A DNA stretch of 64,000 nt. Source: Myxococcota bacterium (lineage in GTDB: Bacteria > Myxococcota_A > UBA9160 > SZUA-336). Numbering within the stretch: the first letter of the stretch is position 1; each line of letters begins with the position of its first letter. The DNA lies in the NCBI GenBank assembly GCA_965247115.1, contig CBDFGR010000003.1, forward strand, positions 1,987,867 through 2,051,866, in the 5' to 3' direction. This document shows, piece after piece, positions 18,901-28,298 of this stretch. The position numbers were made by a program, and so were the translations under genes. The notes beneath the pieces are model-generated. The model searched no databases. It had not been told where the DNA came from and saw only the letters and a list, made by a program, of their open reading frames with translations.

Positions 18901-19459
18901 ACTCGAGGAAATCCCGGATGCGTGGGTGATAGCGCTCGTGCAGCCGGTTGTAATCACATCGCTCGACAGCGCCCACAAGGCGATGCTTCTGACCGAAGGG
19001 GAACGGGTTCTCCATGATGTACATGGCTTGAAGGAACCGGCCGGATGAGGAGCGAGGGATGTACTCCTCGACGCCGTTCCACGGCTGGCCGGCCCGCTCG
19101 AGGCGCGAGCGAAACTCTCCCTCGTAGTAAGTCTCCAGAGCTCCGTAGACGGAGCTTCCAGGATCCGCCGACCATCTGATCTGGTCCGGAACGCTCTCGA
19201 AGGCGGCAGAGAGCTGCTCCGTGGCCTCGATGATCATCTCGTCCTGAGCAAAGTTGAAGACCTGCTCGCGAATGATCTGGAAGTAGTTCTCGATGTAGTG
19301 CTGGCGCGATCTGCGCACCGCCTCGAGCGAGTTCGCCTGCTGGGTCAGCAGGGCTGAGGTGCCCCAGGTCGCACTGATCCACCCCACCAGCGCAATGGAG
19401 CCCACGACTCCGGCCAGGACAAGGCCGATGAGCTTGTTGGAGAGCTTCCAGTTCTTCAT
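15995..19459 (-). CDS. Hybrid sensor histidine kinase (TM-Cache-TM-HAMP-GAF-HisKA-HATPase-REC-REC)
   Basis: 1154 aa. Two transmembrane segments flank a periplasmic Cache-like domain, followed by HAMP and GAF domains, the H-box SHELRTPMNAILGYSELL, a HATPase_c domain (…GTGLGLAISR…), and two receiver domains (…VLVIDDD…DVMMPGKDG…; …ILIVEDD…DLMMPVMSG…). Confidence 0.85.
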   Translation of the reverse strand: MKNWKLSNKLIGLVLAGVVGSIALVGWISATWGTSALLTQQANSLEAVRRSRQHYIENYFQIIREQVFNFAQDEMIIEATEQLSAAFESVPDQIRWSADPGSSVYGALETYYEGEFRSRLERAGQPWNGVEEYIPRSSSGRFLQAMYIMENPFPFGQKHRLVGAVERCDYNRLHERYHPRIRDFLESFGYYDIFLLDTDGNLVYSVFKETEYATNFIEGLHRETNVAGVYRQALQSASAGSVFIADFESYEPSYGAPASFIGAPVFDGERLIGVAIFQMPVDEINEIMSDVAGLGKTGETYLIGDDFLMRSDSRFHEVSSILAQKVDTDAARIALTGRSGTLQQSAYRGVEVLSSYGPLHIRGLNWAILAEVDMAEITAPAAAVRNRIIGFGGALAVLVAALSLLYLRRVVINPVGQLVRGTERVVRGDYSAHVNIRSGDELGDLALAFNQMARSIRRDIGERERARESLASQALEETILHRAADMAADTESVDEALAHVVDMVCEMTGWPVGHVYEPSPEDPEELIPTTIWHLENPETYAVFREVTERTTFGRGEGLPGRILASGEAAWISNVQTDPNFPRNRLAKDLGVKGAFGFPVQVGGELVAVLEFFLNEEMSPDENLLQIMRNVGAQLGRVFERKRAAEELEIARGAAEEANRAKSAFLANMSHELRTPMNAILGYSELLIEEAEDLEQEEFIPDLRKIHQAGGHLLALINGVLDISKIEAGKMDLYLEAFEVGSMLDDVVATIDALIKKNSNTLRIEREGELGSMRADLTKVRQVLFNLLSNAAKFTERGTIELSARREKTDSGDRLTFVVEDSGIGIASDKLGKLFEEFTQADASTTREYGGTGLGLAISRKFCQMMGGDVNVKSELGKGSTFTIRLPAEVDRPAADGDVVAERVSHAGKCVLVIDDDAAARELMERSLVSSGFEVVMAPDGDTGLRLARETRPAAITLDVMMPGKDGWAVLKELKSDSQLRDIPVIMVSMIEDRNIGYALGAVDYLTKPVDSERLSQIISQYRCQNPPCPILIVEDDNETRELMRRTLEGNGWDVAEARHGREALERVRERTPDVIILDLMMPVMSGFEFLGELRSVEAWRKIPVVVATAKDLTEEDRELLSSAVEAILEKGAYTRDQMLEQVRDLVSDCTLSAS

Positions 19460-19552
19460 GCTCGAACGCCAAGTCTACCGGATAGTCTCACCTGCCAGGT
19501 GTGTGGCAGAATTGGGCTGGTCGGATGGTCCCGAGAGCCCGAAAGAGGGGAT

Positions 19553-19918
19553 ATGCTGAAGATCCTGCTGGTCGAAGACAACGAGCTGAACCGAGACATG
19601 CTCTCTCGCCGCCTCGAGAAGCGGGGCTTCGAGATCGACATCGCCATCGATGGTGAGGAGGGCGTCGACAAGGCCCGTAGCGGGTCGCCTGACCTGATCC
19701 TGATGGACATGAGTCTACCCGTGAAGAGTGGGTGGGACGCGGCGCGGGAGCTCAAAGCTGGCGAAGAGACGCGCGCGATCCCGGTGATTGCGCTCACTGC
19801 ACACGCCATGTCGGGCGACCGCGAGAAGGCGCTGGATTCCGGCTGCGACGAGTTCGAGACGAAGCCCGTCAGACTCCCGGTGCTCTTGGAGAAGATCGAG
19901 AAGCTATTGGGTCGCTGA
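19553..19918 (+). CDS. Single-domain response regulator (CheY-like receiver)
   Basis: ATG at 19553 preceded by GAAAGAGGGG. The 121-aa protein has receiver signatures (MLKILLVEDNE…DLILMDMSLP…K). Divergent from the hybrid kinase. Confidence 0.8.
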   Translation: MLKILLVEDNELNRDMLSRRLEKRGFEIDIAIDGEEGVDKARSGSPDLILMDMSLPVKSGWDAARELKAGEETRAIPVIALTAHAMSGDREKALDSGCDEFETKPVRLPVLLEKIEKLLGR

Positions 19919-19927
19919 TCGCTACCC

Positions 19928-21316
19928 CTAGCTAGGTACGCCGAGGCGCCCGGTGATCGCGGACACTCGCCGGATCCGGACCGGGTGCTCGAAGCCCTTG
20001 GCCTCGACGTTCTGCTCCTCCTCGACGGTGACCAGATCGGCGACAACCTGCCAGGTCTCGTCGGAGATCAGGACCTCTCCTCCGCGCGTTTGAGCCTCGA
20101 TGCGAGCGGCCAGGTTCACGGCCCTGCCGACCGCCGCGTACTTCGTGCGACGCTCCGACCCGATGTTCCCGACTACGACCTCGCCGGTTGCGACCGCGAC
20201 TCCCATCTCGATCTCCGGTAGCCCCCGCGCGCGGTTTCTCTCGTTCACCTGGCCCATCGCGCGCTGCATGCCGAGCGCGCAAGCCACCGCTCGCGCAGCG
20301 TCATCTTCGCCCGCGAGCGGCGCCCCGAACAGAGCGAGGATCGCGTCGCCAATGAACTCGTCTATCGTGCCGCCGTGCTCCTGGATCACCTGCGTCATCG
20401 CACCAAGGTAGTTGTTGAGGAGCGCGACCACCTGCTGCGGCTCGAGCGAACCGGAGAGCCTTGTGAAGCTCCGCAGATCGCTGAGCAAGATGGTGACATG
20501 CCGCTTCTCCCCACCGAGCTCGAGGCTCTCCGCCTGGCTCATCACTGCATCGGCGACGTGATCGGAGACGTAACGACCGAACATGCGGCGGATGAAGGCG
20601 CCCCGCAGCTCCAGCTCTTGCGCAAGCGACTCCATCTCGCGCGTAGCGCGCAGCACCTCGAGCTGAGTCTCGACGCGCGCGAGCACGATCGGGAAGTCGA
20701 TCGGCTTGGTGACGTAGTCGTTCGCTCCGTGCCGGAGGCCCTCGATCACGTCGGAACGATCAGTCATCGCTGTCGCGAGGATGACCGGCAGCTCGCTGGT
20801 GGTGTGCTCCCGACGTATGGCGTCGAGCACCTCAAGCCCGCTCATACCCGGCATCATTACGTCCAGTAGCACCAGGTCGAAGCGCTTCTGGGAGATCTTC
20901 CGCAGGGCCTCGACTCCATCCACCGCCATGTCGACGGCGTACCCGCTGCGCTCCAGGCGACGTGCGAGCATGTCGCGGTTGTTCGGCTCATCGTCGACCA
21001 CGAGAATGCGCCCGGAGTCGGGTGCCTCAGGCGTCGACTCCTCACGCTGCTGTGCGGACGAAGCGGGTGCCGAGGGACCCGCATCGGTCCGGAGCGTCTC
21101 GTCCACGACCCGGAGGAGCTCCCCCGCGGCGCGGTGGACCTTCTCGAGATCTGGGACCAGATCCCGGTGTTCGTCGCGCGCCTCCTCGAGCAGCATCTCG
21201 GTGTAGCCGATGATCTGGCCCAGAGGCGTGCGCATCTCGTGCTGCAGTCGGCGCAGGGTCGTCCGCGACTCGCGCCCGCTCTGCTTGTCCGGGCTCATGT
21301 CCAGAGAATACGTCAC
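19928..21316 (-). CDS. HisKA-like phosphoacceptor + receiver + class III adenylate/guanylate cyclase (CHD) protein
   Basis: N-terminal H-box (LQHEMRTPLGQIIGYTEMLLEE) with no ATPase domain. The REC domain has …ILVVDDEP…DVMMPGMSG…, and the C-terminal cyclase domain has …IGDAILALFGAP…RIEAQT…. Confidence 0.75.
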   Translation of the reverse strand: MTYSLDMSPDKQSGRESRTTLRRLQHEMRTPLGQIIGYTEMLLEEARDEHRDLVPDLEKVHRAAGELLRVVDETLRTDAGPSAPASSAQQREESTPEAPDSGRILVVDDEPNNRDMLARRLERSGYAVDMAVDGVEALRKISQKRFDLVLLDVMMPGMSGLEVLDAIRREHTTSELPVILATAMTDRSDVIEGLRHGANDYVTKPIDFPIVLARVETQLEVLRATREMESLAQELELRGAFIRRMFGRYVSDHVADAVMSQAESLELGGEKRHVTILLSDLRSFTRLSGSLEPQQVVALLNNYLGAMTQVIQEHGGTIDEFIGDAILALFGAPLAGEDDAARAVACALGMQRAMGQVNERNRARGLPEIEMGVAVATGEVVVGNIGSERRTKYAAVGRAVNLAARIEAQTRGGEVLISDETWQVVADLVTVEEEQNVEAKGFEHPVRIRRVSAITGRLGVPS

Positions 21317-21457
21317 CGGATCGAGGAAGATCCGACTGGGATCCTGGTGGAGGACCGGTCGCGGCGCGCTCCCGGTGCTCCGGCTCGGCCGGCGGGCGAT
21401 CGGGGAAAGGTGAACGTTGCAGAGCTTCCGTTCGCGCGGCGCCGCAGAGGAATCGAC

Positions 21458-23623
21458 TTACTGATGCCCCGCCGAGTTCTTTTCGGCTTCCAGAAGAGAA
21501 TTTCTGTCCAGGTTCGCTCTATGCAGGATATAGGAAAGGATGGCATCGCTATCTGCTTCTGTCAGCGCATCGCTGAAGTTGCCCATACCAGCATTTTCAT
21601 ACGCGCCCTTCAGTACGATTTCAGAGAAGATCTGCCGGGTTGCCGCGCTCATCATGCGTAGATCCGGTGGACCTCCGGAGCCTCGGGCAAAGGTACCGTG
21701 GCAGAGCGTGCAGTAACTATGATAGAGGATGCCGCCTCTACGCAGCGTATCCGCATCCGCAGTCGTTGCCGGTTGCCGGTGCGGCAGAAGAATCCGCTTC
21801 GCGGGGACATCCAGCTTCTGGTTGCCACCAAGCGCGAACACCAGAATCCGGCTGTGACTGCCATACACGGCCGTGGCGCTGGGTATCGGATTGTCACCGC
21901 CGATCTCGAACGAACTGGCGGACGCACCGGTCATGATGGCGACATACTGCCGGTCATCCATTTCATAGGTGATGGGGGGAGCCAGAATGGATGTATAGGT
22001 ATCGAAGCTCCACAGCTCCTCGCCGGTATCTTTGTCGTAGGCTTTCAGATGTCCATCGTCGCCGCCCTGGAAAAGCAGACCGCCGGCGGTTGCCAATACT
22101 CCGCCATTCCAGAAGAACGGCTGCTCAATCTGCCACTTGTACTCGCCCTTGATCAGATCGAAGGCACCTAAATAGCCCCTCGGTTCCGGGAACTCAGTCA
22201 GGTTGGTCTCCAGGAAATTCGCAAGATCCACGTCCATCCCGGTGTTGGTGCCGGACCCCCCTTTCCATTCATAAACGCCGTTCTTCTTGGTCTGGGGATC
22301 GGCTCTGAAAAAGAAGGGATAGTCCCAGGTTCCCATGTACACCACGCCGGCCTTGGCATCGTAGCTCATGGCCTGCCAGTTGTGAGCCCCGAACGGACCC
22401 GGTCAGATCCACTTCCCCTTTTCATAGTAACGGCCGCCATCAATCTCAACGGGCCGTCCAGTCTGCATGTCCACATGGCTTGCCCAGGTGACCGTCGCGT
22501 ACTTTTCGGCGCGCAGAAGCTTGCCGTCGGTCCGGTCGATAACGTAGAAGAAGCCGTTTTTCGGAGCCTGGAGAATGACCTTGCGGTGCTTTCCATCGAC
22601 TTTCAGCTCGGCGAGCGCCATGTCCTGGGTGGATGTGTAGTCCCAGTTGTCCCCCGGCGTCTGCTGGTAGTACCACTGCATGGCGCCGCTGTTGGCGTCT
22701 ACAGCGACGATAGAAGCGACGTAAAGATTGTCTCCACCGCCGGGGCTGCGAAATTCGCGTACCCAGGGCGCGGCATTGCCCGTGCCCAGATAGACCTGCT
22801 TCAGGTCCGGATCGTAAACGATGGAATTCCAGACGTTGCCGCCACCGCCGTGCTTCCACCACTCTCCGTTCCAGGTTCTCGCAGCGGCTTCCAGCTCGGG
22901 GTGCTCAAAAGGTTCGGATGGATCTCCGGGTATCGACCAGAATCGCCAGGCCAGCTTGCCGGTACCGGCTTCGTAGGCGGATGTATAGCCACGGGTACCG
23001 GCCTCCGATGCAGCGTTGCCTATGTATATTTTCCCGCCCCCGATCCGAGGCGCTCCGGATATGAAGTACGGGACGCTTCGATCCGTGATGGTGTCCGTCC
23101 GCCAGACTTCCTCGCCGGTGCTCATGTCCACCGACACCAGCCAGCCATCCATTGTCGCGATGATCAGTCGATCGCCATAGACGGCAATTCCGCGGCTGAA
23201 CGATGTCCAGAGTCTGCTCTGACGGACCCGATCGACGCCGGGGTCGAACTGCCATCGCTCTTCACCCGTCTTCGCATCGTAGACATGCACCACGTTCCAG
23301 GCGCTCGGCACGATCAGCAAACCGTTCACCACAATTGGCGTTGCCTGCTGACCAAGGTAACTCTTGTAATCGTGATGCCAGACCAGGCCGAGGTCGGCGA
23401 CTGTTTCTCTGTTCAGCTGCATGAGCGGTGAAAAGCGCTGCTCTTTGAAGTCCTGGCCATGTGCCATCCAGCTGCCCGGCTCGTCTTTCAACGCATTCTG
23501 AATGCGGGTGTCTGTGACCGGCTCGAACCGGGCTACTTCGGCCTCAGAACCAACAGAGCTGGCGCCGGCTAGTGCAATCACCAGTGCCGCGAAACCCACT
23601 TGTGTGGATTTTCGATAAGTCAT
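21458..23623 (-). CDS. PQQ-dependent quinohaemoprotein alcohol dehydrogenase (type II, C-terminal cytochrome c domain), interrupted by an in-frame TGA at 22403-22405
   Basis: Signal peptide (MTYRKSTQVGFAALVIALAGASS), eight-bladed PQQ propeller with W-motifs, and a C-terminal CTLCHG haem site. The two track ORFs (22403..23740 and 21458..22369) are contiguous in one frame: …YYEKGKWI*PGPFGAHNWQAMSYDAK…. The gene is therefore either a pseudogene, affected by a base-call error, or recoded. Confidence 0.7.
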
Positions 23624-23770
23624 GGCCCCAGCAGGAATGGCGACCTTCCTATGGAAGGGGATGTGTTTCGCGAGGACGGGACCCATGTGAGTCGCAAGCG
23701 TGTCTCGAAGCTGATGCGATTGCGCGCGTACTCGACGCATACCGGCGAGGTCCTAGCGGAGGCGCCACAC

Positions 23771-24703
23771 CTAGATGGGCTGGCCGAAGCCCTCGCGGAG
23801 AATGTTCTCGGCGTCGCGGCCGGCGACGTAGCCGAGGGACGCGCTGCGGTAGCCGAGCAGCCGCTGTGCCTGCTCCGGAAGGGTCTTCGCGAACTCCGGC
23901 GGAACCGCCACGAACTGGTTCTCCTCCTGGGTCAGCCAGTTGACGGAGAAGATCGTGAGGAGCCCCGCGCGGTTCTGGTCGGTGGTGTTGGTGGCCAGGG
24001 CGTGGAAGGCCTTGCCGAGCCAGAAGAGCGCCGAACCCTTGGGCATCACCGCCCGGGCCTCCTCGCGCTCGCGCGGCGCGCGGTCCGGGGGCCAGCGGTG
24101 GCTGCCCGGAACCACGCGGGTGGCCCCGTTCTCCTCGGTGAAGTCCGTGCACGCGTAGTTGACGGCGACGACCCAGTCCGGCTGGTCGGGTTCCTGCTGG
24201 ATGAAGGGGCGGAAGGCGTCCATCTCGCGGTGCAGCACCTGGTGGCCGCCTCGGGCCCCGAGCTGGATGGAGCCCGAGAAGTGGACCCGGTAGTGGTGGC
24301 AGTTGGGGCCGTTCACCGGGTCTCGCTGCTCCGCCCGGAGGTACTCTTCATGGTCGTATATGCCGACCTCGTGCTGGGCCTGGGTCTTCGCGCTCGCCGG
24401 CCCCATCGGGTGCTGGGGGAGCAGCGTGCCGTCCAGCACGTCGAGGATCAATGAATTGCTCAGCAGGCGCTCGGCGAACACGGGATCGCGCCCGAAGAGA
24501 TTCGAGCAGGTCCGCACGTTCTCCCCGTAGAACTCGGGCCCCGGGGATTCACGGACGAGTGGCTCGGCGGCAGCCACGAGCTCGTCCACGACGTCGTGCG
24601 GGAGCACCTCGCGAATGATCACCGCGCCCTCCTGGCGCAGCGTGCCCGCGATCTCGAGCGGCTTGGCGTCCTTCTCGTAGGATTTGATCTGGGGCTTGGT
24701 CAT
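23771..24703 (-). CDS. Phytanoyl-CoA dioxygenase (PhyH) family oxygenase (second copy)
   Basis: 310 aa from the internal ATG (MTKPQIKSYEKD…) at 24703. PhyH-like …VVPGSHRW… motif. Its start overlaps the upstream deacylase stop by 4 nt (ATGA coupling). Confidence 0.7.
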   Translation of the reverse strand: MTKPQIKSYEKDAKPLEIAGTLRQEGAVIIREVLPHDVVDELVAAAEPLVRESPGPEFYGENVRTCSNLFGRDPVFAERLLSNSLILDVLDGTLLPQHPMGPASAKTQAQHEVGIYDHEEYLRAEQRDPVNGPNCHHYRVHFSGSIQLGARGGHQVLHREMDAFRPFIQQEPDQPDWVVAVNYACTDFTEENGATRVVPGSHRWPPDRAPREREEARAVMPKGSALFWLGKAFHALATNTTDQNRAGLLTIFSVNWLTQEENQFVAVPPEFAKTLPEQAQRLLGYRSASLGYVAGRDAENILREGFGQPI

Positions 24704-26394
24704 ACCGTGTAGCTCGTGCTGCGCAGGAGCGACCCGGGCAGCGCGCCGGTGCACTTGCCGTCCTCGAATGTCACCTCGCCGTTCACCAGCGTGTAGCGGT
24801 AGCCCTCGGATTTCCGGACCATGCGCGGGTCTCCCTCCGGAGTGTCGTCCTGGAGGATCAGCCCGCTGTAGCTCAGCTTCTCCAGCTCGTAGATGTTGAT
24901 GTCCGCCACCATGCCCTCGCGCAGCAGACCGCGGTCGCGGTAGCCCATGATCCAGGCGGGAAGGGCGCTCAGCTTGTAGTGCGCCTCTTGCAGAGTCAGA
25001 ACCCCCTTGTCGCGCGTCCAGTCGGCGAGAACGTAGGTGGGCCAGTGCGCCAGGGTCGTAAAGGCGTAGTGCGCTCCGCCATCGGAGAGGGCGGGGCACG
25101 TCGAGGGGGCCTTGAAGATGGCTGCGGTCGCCTCGTCGTTCGACGTGTTGAAGCCGGGCACGTCGAACTCGGTCTGCAGACCCTCGTCGATGGCCAGATC
25201 CAGGAAGGCGTCCACGGGGTGTGCGCCGGTCGCCTGCGCGATCTCGGTGACGCTCTTGCCCTCGTACTTGCGGTTGCGCTCTTCTGCGGCCTCGGCGACG
25301 AAGACGCGGTCCCACTCTCCGTGGAAGGACCCGATCCCCTTGTCGATCTCCTGCTTCATCTTCTCACGCACTCCGGGTGCCTTCAGCTTGGCGATGCGCT
25401 CCTCCGCGCTGCCGATCATGGGCTCCACCCAGGCCGGAGTGCTGTCGAACAGGTTGAAGCTGGCCAGACGGAAGCGCAGGTCCGTGGGCACGGCCGCCTG
25501 TGCGTAGAGCGGGAGCCCCAGCTCGAGGTTCTCCTCGGACCAGGCGAGCTCCTCTCTCCACGGGTCGAGCGCGTCAACCTTGTGCTGGACCACGCCGCCC
25601 CAGTTCATCGGGCGGCCGCTGCGCCGGCAGAGCTCGCGCAGCAGCTCCTTCTCGCCGGGGCGCCCGCCTGCGGTCCAGCAGACCGAGCCGATCCCGTACT
25701 CGCCGATGATCTCGGCCAGGGCGAGGGCCTCGGCATCCCCGCTCACGTGCGAGGGTATCCAACCGCCGTCCTCGGCGTGGTCCTCGGGGTTCTTGTGGAA
25801 CGAGATGCCCCAGGCCCCGGCATCCATCGCCTCGCGGAAGAGTGTCTTCATCCTGTCGAGCTCTTCCGGCTTCATCTCGGAACGCGAGCGCGCCTCTTCG
25901 ACTCCCATCACGTAGGTGCGCAGCGGCGTGATGGGGACCATGGACGCGACGTTGACGCCCAGCCCCTGGCGGTCGATGGTGTCGAGATACTCGGGGAAGG
26001 TCTCCCATTCCCAGCGCAGCCACTTGTCGAGGGACTCGGGCGGCATGGCCATCACACGGCACAGCAGCCGGGTGACAGCGTCGTGATCTTCCGCTCTACA
26101 GGGCGCCCAGCCGAAGCCGCAGACTCCGATGCTGACCGTGGTGACGCCGTGCCAGCCGACGGGCGTGCAATAGGGGTCCCAGCGGAGCTGGGCGTCGTAG
26201 TGCCCGTGGATCTCGACGAACCCCGGCGCCACGATGCAGCCCGTGGCGTCGATCTCGCGCTTCGCGTCGCCTCGCACGCCGCCGATTGCGGCGATCATGC
26301 CGTTGCGGATGCCGAGGTCGGCCTTGTAGGGTGCGATCTGGCCGCTGCCATCGACGACGGTTCCGTTGCGGATGATCGAGTCGTAGCTGGGCAT
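24700..26394 (-). CDS. N-acyl-D-amino-acid deacylase (D-aminoacylase; amidohydrolase_3 family)
   Basis: 564 aa from the ATG at 26394. N-terminus YDSIIRNGTVVDGSG…DLGIRNGMIAAIG…VAPGFVEIHGHYD is typical of D-aminoacylases. Confidence 0.75.
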   Translation of the reverse strand: MPSYDSIIRNGTVVDGSGQIAPYKADLGIRNGMIAAIGGVRGDAKREIDATGCIVAPGFVEIHGHYDAQLRWDPYCTPVGWHGVTTVSIGVCGFGWAPCRAEDHDAVTRLLCRVMAMPPESLDKWLRWEWETFPEYLDTIDRQGLGVNVASMVPITPLRTYVMGVEEARSRSEMKPEELDRMKTLFREAMDAGAWGISFHKNPEDHAEDGGWIPSHVSGDAEALALAEIIGEYGIGSVCWTAGGRPGEKELLRELCRRSGRPMNWGGVVQHKVDALDPWREELAWSEENLELGLPLYAQAAVPTDLRFRLASFNLFDSTPAWVEPMIGSAEERIAKLKAPGVREKMKQEIDKGIGSFHGEWDRVFVAEAAEERNRKYEGKSVTEIAQATGAHPVDAFLDLAIDEGLQTEFDVPGFNTSNDEATAAIFKAPSTCPALSDGGAHYAFTTLAHWPTYVLADWTRDKGVLTLQEAHYKLSALPAWIMGYRDRGLLREGMVADINIYELEKLSYSGLILQDDTPEGDPRMVRKSEGYRYTLVNGEVTFEDGKCTGALPGSLLRSTSYTV

Positions 26395-26601
26395 CTGGGT
26401 GCTCCCTGTCTCGTGAGACACGCACCATACTAGATGTGGTGAGACACGGATCATACTACATGGGTGCCGGCGTCAACTACTCTTGCCGGTGGACGCTAAC
26501 GATTTCTTCCGGTTCTTCCTCCCTCCTTTCCTCTTCCCTTCAGTAGGTTGGATCGTCAGTCTCGATCGCCGAGCCTCATCGGTGCGATAGCTCGGTAAGT
26601 C

Positions 26602-26832
26602 TCAAGGAAGCAGCTGTCCGAGCTTCTCTTCTTCCACCCGGACAGGACAGTGGATGTAGCAGTCCTCTGGGCAGACAAGCTGTTCGCGGAAGCGTTCAAG
26701 GCGAACCCGAACGCTGCTCCCATCATGGGTTCCGCTACTAGCGCGTTCGCGCATCATTCGAGTTTTCTCCTCCCCGCCCATGAGATACTCGCGCCCAACT
26801 GGAATTGGGAGACGGGGACCTAAGATTGACAA
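26602..26832 (-). CDS. Small Cys-containing hypothetical protein (CPEDCYIHCP motif)
   Basis: 76-aa ORF in the divergent intergenic region. It overlaps the amidohydrolase start on the opposite strand. The coding status is weak. Confidence 0.25.
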   Translation of the reverse strand: MSILGPRLPIPVGREYLMGGEEKTRMMRERASSGTHDGSSVRVRLERFREQLVCPEDCYIHCPVRVEEEKLGQLLP

Positions 26833-27941
26833 CCAGTCGACGTGAATTCTTGAAGACCGCTGTCGCCCTGCCCGCCGCTCTGCAGCTAGGCGCAGCGCAA
26901 GTGGGCGCGCAAGAGGCCACGGGCCAGAAGAAGTTCCGGCGCATCGCGCTGGAGGAGGCGTTCATCACGCCGGAGCTGTACGCGGCGTGGCGAAAACGCG
27001 GCGAGAAGGGGTGGGACGACGAGCCCGGATTTCAAGGCCTCGCTCCGATCCACTTCGACGACTCGCCGGGAGCCAAACTGATCCAGCAGCGCCTGATCGA
27101 CGTCGGTGAGCTCCGAATCGAGGAGATGGATGCCACCGGGGTCGACGTACACGTGGTATCGCTCACCGCACCGGGTGTCCAGATCCTGGACAAGCAGCCC
27201 GCGGTCGATCAGGCCAAGATCGCCAACGATACCCTCAGCGCGGCCGTAGCAGTCAACCCCGACCGCTTCGCCGGACTGGCTGCTGTGGCACCGCAGGCGC
27301 CGGCCGAAGCGGCGCGCGAGCTCGAACGGGGCGTGAAGCAGCTCGGCTTGCGCGGCGCCATCATCAATTCCCATACCTATGGCGAGTATCTCGACGATGA
27401 AAAATTCTGGCCGATCTTCGAGACCGCTGAATCCCTCGACGTGCCGATCTATCTGCACCCGCGCACGCCCTCGCCCGCCATGCTCCAGCCTTTCCTGAAG
27501 TACGGACTCGAATTTGCCACCTGGGGTTTCAAAGCCGAGACCGGCCTGCACGCGCTGCGTCTAATTTACGGAGGCGTGTTCGACAAGTATCCCAGCCTGA
27601 CGATCATTCTGGGCCACATGGGCGAAGGCATCCCATTCTGGTTGCAGCGCATCGACAACCGCTACCAGCTGCAGGTGAGGCTCGGCCAGATCAAGGCACT
27701 GAACATGAATCCCAGCGAGTATTTCAAGCGGAACTTCATGATCACGACCAGTGGTGTGAACTTCCACCCGGCGCTCAAGCTCTCCCACGAAGTGCTCGGT
27801 GCCGACCGGATCATGTGGGCGATCGACTACCCTTACGAGTCATCCAAGGACTCCGTGGAGTTCATGGATAGCGCCCCATTCCCCGCGGAAGACGTGCAGA
27901 AAATCTACGCCGGCAACGCGGAGCGTCTGCTGAAACTCTAG
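26805..27941 (+). CDS. Tat-secreted amidohydrolase-2 family metal-dependent hydrolase/decarboxylase (ACMSD/LigW-like)
   Basis: Twin-arginine leader (SRREFLKTAVALPAALQLGAA) followed by an amidohydrolase_2 TIM-barrel (…IDYPYES…). Confidence 0.7.
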   Translation: MGDGDLRLTTSRREFLKTAVALPAALQLGAAQVGAQEATGQKKFRRIALEEAFITPELYAAWRKRGEKGWDDEPGFQGLAPIHFDDSPGAKLIQQRLIDVGELRIEEMDATGVDVHVVSLTAPGVQILDKQPAVDQAKIANDTLSAAVAVNPDRFAGLAAVAPQAPAEAARELERGVKQLGLRGAIINSHTYGEYLDDEKFWPIFETAESLDVPIYLHPRTPSPAMLQPFLKYGLEFATWGFKAETGLHALRLIYGGVFDKYPSLTIILGHMGEGIPFWLQRIDNRYQLQVRLGQIKALNMNPSEYFKRNFMITTSGVNFHPALKLSHEVLGADRIMWAIDYPYESSKDSVEFMDSAPFPAEDVQKIYAGNAERLLKL

Positions 27942-28298
27942 GGAGAGAATCCCGACCCGCTCAATATTCGCCCCGAGTGTAGAACGTCCCGACGCTTCGA
28001 CCCGTGTTCCCCTGGTTTTGCAGGCCGCTCTCTGGAGAGCGCTTGGCGCCAAAGGCCTGCCCGCGAGTGAGGATACGAACTCGCTCGCAGCTGAGAAGCT
28101 GGCTGTCGACCTTCTGGAAGTGATGGGGACAGCAGGCGAGCTTCCATGGAGACCGGAGCTCTGAGCTGAGTGCGAACTCTCCCTAGCATAGGGAGTTCCA
28201 CGAGATCCGACTTTCGGGCTACCTACTCGACGGTCCGCGTCGTGGAAGCGTTCGACTTTGGGGCTCGCCCGGGTCTGCCGAGTCGCGCCCAGGCGGGA

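Noticed and set aside
22403-22405. Reading the in-frame TGA of the PQQ dehydrogenase as a confirmed selenocysteine codon
   Set aside because: No convincing SECIS-like hairpin lies 3' of the codon, and no Cys is expected at that position in homologues as far as I can recall. I kept it as an open question, but a nonsense mutation or base-call error is more likely.
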